A program made the position numbers and the translations under genes. From IMG/VR virus record IMGVR_UViG_3300035670_000024: a DNA stretch of 64,000 nt. The stretch is one strand, 5' to 3'. Under the pieces are notes generated by a model, which saw only the letters and a list, made by a program, of their open reading frames with translations, had not been told where the DNA came from and searched no databases. Positions 59,686 through 64,000 of the stretch are shown here, piece after piece. How positions within the stretch are numbered: the stretch's first letter is position 1; the number at the start of each line of letters is the position of its first letter. The DNA is from a virus.

Positions 59686-60044
59686 AATGATGCGGTGTCA
59701 GAAACAATAATTGATCCTTCAACGACCTTTCTAGTTAAAAATGTAACTCCAATTCCATTTGGATTTTGAGTTGGCCCAGTAACTAAAATATCAAAATAAT
59801 TTCTTCCAGATTCTAATAGTTCTGTCGTAGTTTTTGCCATAGAAATTACAACTTCTCCAGTGGCACCAATAATCTCAACTGTAAACTCTTGAAATTTTGG
59901 AGAAGATGGATATTTTCTTATCTTTGCTTTCCCAGAATAATACTGAGAAAAAACATAATTTGATGAATCCGACTGAAGAACTTTAAATTTTGCATCAAAG
60001 TCAGTTCCTTTTTCAAGTACTAAATTGACTACAGCAACTGCCAT
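59682..60044 (-). CDS. Small Ig-like virion protein
   Basis: VNL..EKGTDF..AKIRK..GRNYFDIL..KVVEG; CTAAATA at 60064-60070. Confidence 0.7.
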   Translation of the reverse strand: MAVAVVNLVLEKGTDFDAKFKVLQSDSSNYVFSQYYSGKAKIRKYPSSPKFQEFTVEIIGATGEVVISMAKTTTELLESGRNYFDILVTGPTQNPNGIGVTFLTRKVVEGSIIVSDTASL

Positions 60045-60072
60045 AAGAACCGGGATTTTTAATTATTTAGTA

Positions 60073-63000
60073 TTAGATCTTATTTTCTAAATTTTCAATT
60101 CTTACTTGCTGTTCTTTAATTGCTTCAATTAAAACTCCTACTAAGTTTCCATAAGAAACTGATCTTAATCCATTTGAATTCACTTGTACAACTTCTGGAA
60201 TAACCTTTTCCAATTCTTGAGCAACAACACCAATTGAAGGTAAATTATTATCTATCCAATTGTATCTAACTCCTCTTAATTGTTTTACAATGTCAATGGA
60301 ATTTTCAATGGTTTTTATGTTTGTTTTCTGAGTTTCATCTGACAATGAATTAAAGATAGTTGCGGATAGAGTGCCAGTTGAAGGATTGAAAAATAGTTTT
60401 GAAGATGATACATTTGCTTGAGTTATAACTCCAGAAGTAGCATCATCAAAAATTAAATACCTTGATGCAGCAGTAGTAGTATCATCTGAAATTGTAAGAC
60501 CTCCATTATTGGATCCTTGAACACCCTGATTTGCTATTCCTTGAACACCTTGATTTCCTTGAGTACCTATTATTCCTTGAGAACCTTGAGTACCTTGAGA
60601 ACCTTGAAATCCAAAAGATCCGACTACACCTTGATTTCCTTGAGTACCAAAAGTTCCTTGAATACCTTGAGTGCCTTGAGAACCTTGAGAACCATTAGAA
60701 CCTGATGTTCCGATTGTTCCTTGTGCTCCTGAGGTTCCTTGTGCTCCTGAGGTTCCTTGTCTTCCTTGAGTACCTTGAATACCTTGAGAACCTACTGCAC
60801 CTTGAAGGCCTGTAGATCCTACAGATCCAGATAGTCCTTGATTTCCTTGAGTTCCTTGTGTTTGACCAGCTAATCCTTGAGATCCTTGATTACTCAAACC
60901 TTGAGTACCTTGTCTACCTTGAATTCCTATTGTTCCTTGAGAACCTTGAGTACCTTGACCACCAACTGCACCAAATAGACCTTGGATTCCTTGAGAACCT
61001 ATTGTTCCTTGAGAACCTTGAGTACCTTGACCACCAACAGCACCAACAGCACCAAATAAACCTTGTGTTCCCTGAGTACCTATTGTTCCTTGAACACCTT
61101 GAGTACCTTGACCGCCAACGGCACCAAATAAACCTTGAGTGCCTTGTCTACCTTGAATACCTATTGTTCCTTGAGAACCTTGAGTACCTTGACCACCAAC
61201 AGCACCAAATAAACCTTGATTTCCTTGAGAACCAATTGTTCCCTGAACACCTTGAGCACCTTGACCACCAACGGCACCAAATAAACCTTGAGTGCCTTGT
61301 CTACCTTGAATACCTATTGTTCCTTGAGAACCTTGAGTACCTTGACCGCCAACGGCACCAAATAGACCTTGATTTCCTTGAGTACCTTGATTACCCTGCA
61401 ATCCTTGAGCACCTTGACCACCAACAGCACCAAATAAACCTTGAGTGCCTTGTCTACCTTGAGAACCAATTGTTCCTTGAACACCTTGATCTCCTTGACC
61501 ACCAACTGCGCCAAATAGACCTTGATTTCCTTGAGTACCAATTGTTCCTTGAACACCTTGATTACTTAGTCCTTGAGAACCTTGATTTCCTAATAGGCCT
61601 TGAAGACCTTGATTGCCCTGATTACCTTGAATACCTTGAGCACCTTGCCCACCAACGGCACCAAATAAACCTTGCGTTCCCTGAGTACCTTGAGCACCTT
61701 GATTACTTAAACCTTGCGTTCCCTGAGTACCTTGAGCACCTTGATTACTTAAACCTTGTGTTCCCTGAGTACCTTGAGATCCTTGAGTACCTTGTCCACC
61801 TACACCACCAAATAATCCTTGAGTACCTTGTAAACCTTGAGATCCTGATGTACCTTGATTACCTTGAACACCTTGATTACTTAAACCTTGAACACCTTGT
61901 CTACCTTGAGTTCCTTGTGTCCCTTGTCCTCCTTGCAATCCTTGTGTTCCCTGATCTCCCCGACTCCCTTGTAAACCTTGATTACCTTGAACACCTTGAT
62001 TACCTTGTAATCCTTGAGTTCCTTGTAATCCTTGAGTTCCTTGTAAACCTTGATTTCCTTGAATACCTTGATTTGATAATCCCTGAACACCTTGAAAACC
62101 TTGAGAACCTATTGTCCCTTGAGATCCTGTTGTTCCTTGATTTGATAATCCTTGAGTACCTTGAGTACCTTGTGATCCTTGAGTACCTTGAGTACCTTGA
62201 ACACCTTGATTTGATAATCCTTGAGTACCTTGTCTCCCTTGCAATCCTTGAGACCCTTGGGATCCTTGCAGACCTTGAGTACCTTGTAATCCTTGTGTAC
62301 CCTGAGTTCCTTGTAATCCCTGAACACCTTGATTTGCTAAACCTTGTGTACCTTGAGTTCCTTGGGGGCCACTAATGTTTCCGACATTAATCCAAGTTCC
62401 ACCACCACTATAAACCCAAAGTTCATTTAAAGCATCATCTAAAACAGCATTTCCAATTTCTGCACTAGGAAATTCTGTATTTAATAATATTTGAGGGTCG
62501 TTTGGAGGATCAACATTCGCATCTTCAACATATCCTATAATTACTGTTGCTTGTCCTGCTGATCCTTGAATTCCTTGTCCAATAATCCCTTGAGTACCTT
62601 GAAGCCCTTGAGTACCTTGAACACCTTGATTACTTAAACCTTGTGTTCCCTGAGTGCCTTGTGTTCCCTGAGTACCTTGAGTACCTTGAGTACCTTGATT
62701 TGATAATCCTTGAGTACCTTGATTTCCCTGAAGACCTTGTGTTCCCTGAACACCTTGATTTGCTAAACCTTGTGTACCTTGAGTTCCTTGAGATCCCTGA
62801 ACACCTTGATTTGCTAAACCTTGTGTACCTTGTAAACCTTGTGTTCCTTGTAATCCTTGTGTTCCTTGTAATCCTTGTGTTCCTTGAACACCTTGGAATC
62901 CTTGAAGACCTTGAGTTCCTTGAGTTCCTTGAATTCCCTGAGTCGTAATGTCTAATGAAGGAACCCAAAATCTTTCACCAGTATATCCTTCAGCTGCAAT

Positions 63001-63186
63001 TAAAACATAATGTTCTACAGGAACAGGTTGTCCTGGGGTAAATGGATTATTTCCTATAGAGGAAACTCCAACAAGAGGATCGCCTAAGTCTGGTTCTGCT
63101 TGTTCTAACCCAAGATATTCGTATCTATCAGTTGTTATTCCTGATTGATCAAATCTTTTAACTCTTCCTGAAATGTACTTTGTCAT
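60073..63186 (-). CDS. Collagen-like fibre protein 1 with C-terminal peptidase S74 intramolecular chaperone
   Basis: Over 700 aa of GXQ triplets; SDETQKTNI..LRGVRY.W..IGVVAQELEKVIPE..SVSYG..LIEAIKEQ. Confidence 0.9.
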   Translation of the reverse strand: MTKYISGRVKRFDQSGITTDRYEYLGLEQAEPDLGDPLVGVSSIGNNPFTPGQPVPVEHYVLIAAEGYTGERFWVPSLDITTQGIQGTQGTQGLQGFQGVQGTQGLQGTQGLQGTQGLQGTQGLANQGVQGSQGTQGTQGLANQGVQGTQGLQGNQGTQGLSNQGTQGTQGTQGTQGTQGTQGLSNQGVQGTQGLQGTQGIIGQGIQGSAGQATVIIGYVEDANVDPPNDPQILLNTEFPSAEIGNAVLDDALNELWVYSGGGTWINVGNISGPQGTQGTQGLANQGVQGLQGTQGTQGLQGTQGLQGSQGSQGLQGRQGTQGLSNQGVQGTQGTQGSQGTQGTQGLSNQGTTGSQGTIGSQGFQGVQGLSNQGIQGNQGLQGTQGLQGTQGLQGNQGVQGNQGLQGSRGDQGTQGLQGGQGTQGTQGRQGVQGLSNQGVQGNQGTSGSQGLQGTQGLFGGVGGQGTQGSQGTQGTQGLSNQGAQGTQGTQGLSNQGAQGTQGTQGLFGAVGGQGAQGIQGNQGNQGLQGLLGNQGSQGLSNQGVQGTIGTQGNQGLFGAVGGQGDQGVQGTIGSQGRQGTQGLFGAVGGQGAQGLQGNQGTQGNQGLFGAVGGQGTQGSQGTIGIQGRQGTQGLFGAVGGQGAQGVQGTIGSQGNQGLFGAVGGQGTQGSQGTIGIQGRQGTQGLFGAVGGQGTQGVQGTIGTQGTQGLFGAVGAVGGQGTQGSQGTIGSQGIQGLFGAVGGQGTQGSQGTIGIQGRQGTQGLSNQGSQGLAGQTQGTQGNQGLSGSVGSTGLQGAVGSQGIQGTQGRQGTSGAQGTSGAQGTIGTSGSNGSQGSQGTQGIQGTFGTQGNQGVVGSFGFQGSQGTQGSQGIIGTQGNQGVQGIANQGVQGSNNGGLTISDDTTTAASRYLIFDDATSGVITQANVSSSKLFFNPSTGTLSATIFNSLSDETQKTNIKTIENSIDIVKQLRGVRYNWIDNNLPSIGVVAQELEKVIPEVVQVNSNGLRSVSYGNLVGVLIEAIKEQQVRIENLENKI

Positions 63187-63188
63187 TT

Positions 63189-63548
63189 TTACTGCTTAGC
63201 TGTTTCTAAAACACTCAAAACTAGTTCTAATGTATTATTCTGATTTGCTTTTATTTTAATTACATCATTTGTTTCCAATGCTAATCTACCATCAGGAATG
63301 AGATTTATTCCATCATTTGGAGGAATTGAAATTTCATTTGCAAATTTATAATCAGCAGGACTTTCAACTGATCTAGAATGAACTGCAGTTACTTTATAAG
63401 AACCTAGTGAAGCACCGGAAGAAACATTTGTAACTTGCGAGAGTATCACAATAGATGCTACTCCAATAGGACAGGTATAGATTCCTACCATTTCGGTAGT
63501 TATTCCTACTCTTATTGTCCTAAATTTATTTAATGCAATTTTTGCCAT
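63189..63548 (-). CDS. Small virion beta-sandwich protein (paralogue of 53780-54109)
   Basis: ALNKFRT..IYTCP.G..IVILSQV.N..IPPND..GRLALET.D..SVLET. Confidence 0.75.
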   Translation of the reverse strand: MAKIALNKFRTIRVGITTEMVGIYTCPIGVASIVILSQVTNVSSGASLGSYKVTAVHSRSVESPADYKFANEISIPPNDGINLIPDGRLALETNDVIKIKANQNNTLELVLSVLETAKQ

Positions 63549-63549
63549 T

Positions 63550-64000
63550 TTACTTACTTATTCCTAGGATTAATGGTGTTACTGTATTTAACAAACTTTG
63601 ACTAAATGCTCTACCACTAATAGTTCCAGTAATCTGGTTAATAACAATATCATCACCAATTTTAAAGTTACCTGCCTGATCAGTACTGGTATAAACAACT
63701 TCACCACCATTGAGTTTTACAACCTCATTTTCTGGAATTAATACACCACCTAAAGCAGGTTTTGCGGTGTTGATATTATTTCCAGTTCCAACCCATTCAA
63801 ATGAGTGAGAAGATGTGATTTGTAAACTTAAACGACTAAAGTAAACTGTTGTTCCTGCACTTACTGTATTATTTAGATTTTGTTGAAGAACTACTGTAGA
63901 GACTCCCGCAGAAGGTAATGTGGCACTTTCAATTGTATAATATGTTGGATATACTGTAGCCTGAGCAGTTGCTTGAACTGCATTTGGTCCTGGTGGAGGT
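63550..64000 (-). CDS. 3' end of a structural protein paralogous to 54114-57002 (truncated by the window; not in the ORF track)
   Basis: My translation: YPTYYTIE..SSHSFEWVGTG..TSTDQAGNFKIGDDIVINQITGTISGRAFSQSLLNTVTPLILGISK*. Confidence 0.85.
   Translation of the reverse strand, partial: PPPGPNAVQATAQATVYPTYYTIESATLPSAGVSTVVLQQNLNNTVSAGTTVYFSRLSLQITSSHSFEWVGTGNNINTAKPALGGVLIPENEVVKLNGGEVVYTSTDQAGNFKIGDDIVINQITGTISGRAFSQSLLNTVTPLILGISK

Larger units (their letters stand above)
44620..62940 (-). repeat. Dispersed 9-bp-period collagen repeats (CAAGG-rich) shared by four genes
   Basis: ccttgattacttaaaccttg (QGLSNQG) recurs near-identically in all four collagen genes. Confidence 0.9.

Noticed and set aside
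44778-62948. Long plus-strand Leu/Glu-rich ORFs (44778-46010, 47072-48418, 50638-51657, 60858-62375 etc.) resembling leucine-rich repeats
   Set aside because: They are antisense shadows of the CAA-GGx collagen codons and coincide exactly with the repeat tracts.
1-64000. tRNA or rRNA genes
   Set aside because: No cloverleaf or rRNA-like sequence was seen in the short intergenic gaps; tRNAscan was not run.

Overview
This window looks like part of a large T4-like (Kyanoviridae-type) cyanophage genome: AT-rich, with essentially every credible gene on the minus strand. Read in the direction of transcription (right to left) it has three blocks. (1) About 39.2-64 kb is a late virion/tail-fibre block. 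It holds four Pro-free Gly-X-Gln collagen-like proteins (two ending in peptidase-S74 chaperone domains), a duplicated three-gene module, and a 962-aa structural protein with two nested phycobiliprotein-like segments carrying the KCxRDxGY motif. (2) About 28.9-39.2 kb is a glycan-synthesis block: glycosyltransferases, methyltransferases, a nucleotidyltransferase, a cupin, a GDPD-like protein and a form IV RuBisCO-like protein. (3) About 1-28.9 kb is an early/accessory block of small ORFs, punctuated by 11 copies of a dyad-box + hairpin + -10 promoter cassette. It includes an SF2 helicase, an RNA-repair set (Rnl1, kinase, metallophosphatase, HNH), peptide deformylase, a deaminase, and an inserted module of three His-x-His tail-fibre paralogues with 2OG-Fe(II) oxygenases and a tail assembly chaperone. 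I saw no tRNA, rRNA, CRISPR array, integrase or reverse transcriptase. The best candidates for undescribed biology are the RuBisCO-like-protein sugar pathway and the phycobiliprotein-like virion domains. All family assignments come from motif recognition by eye, not database searches.
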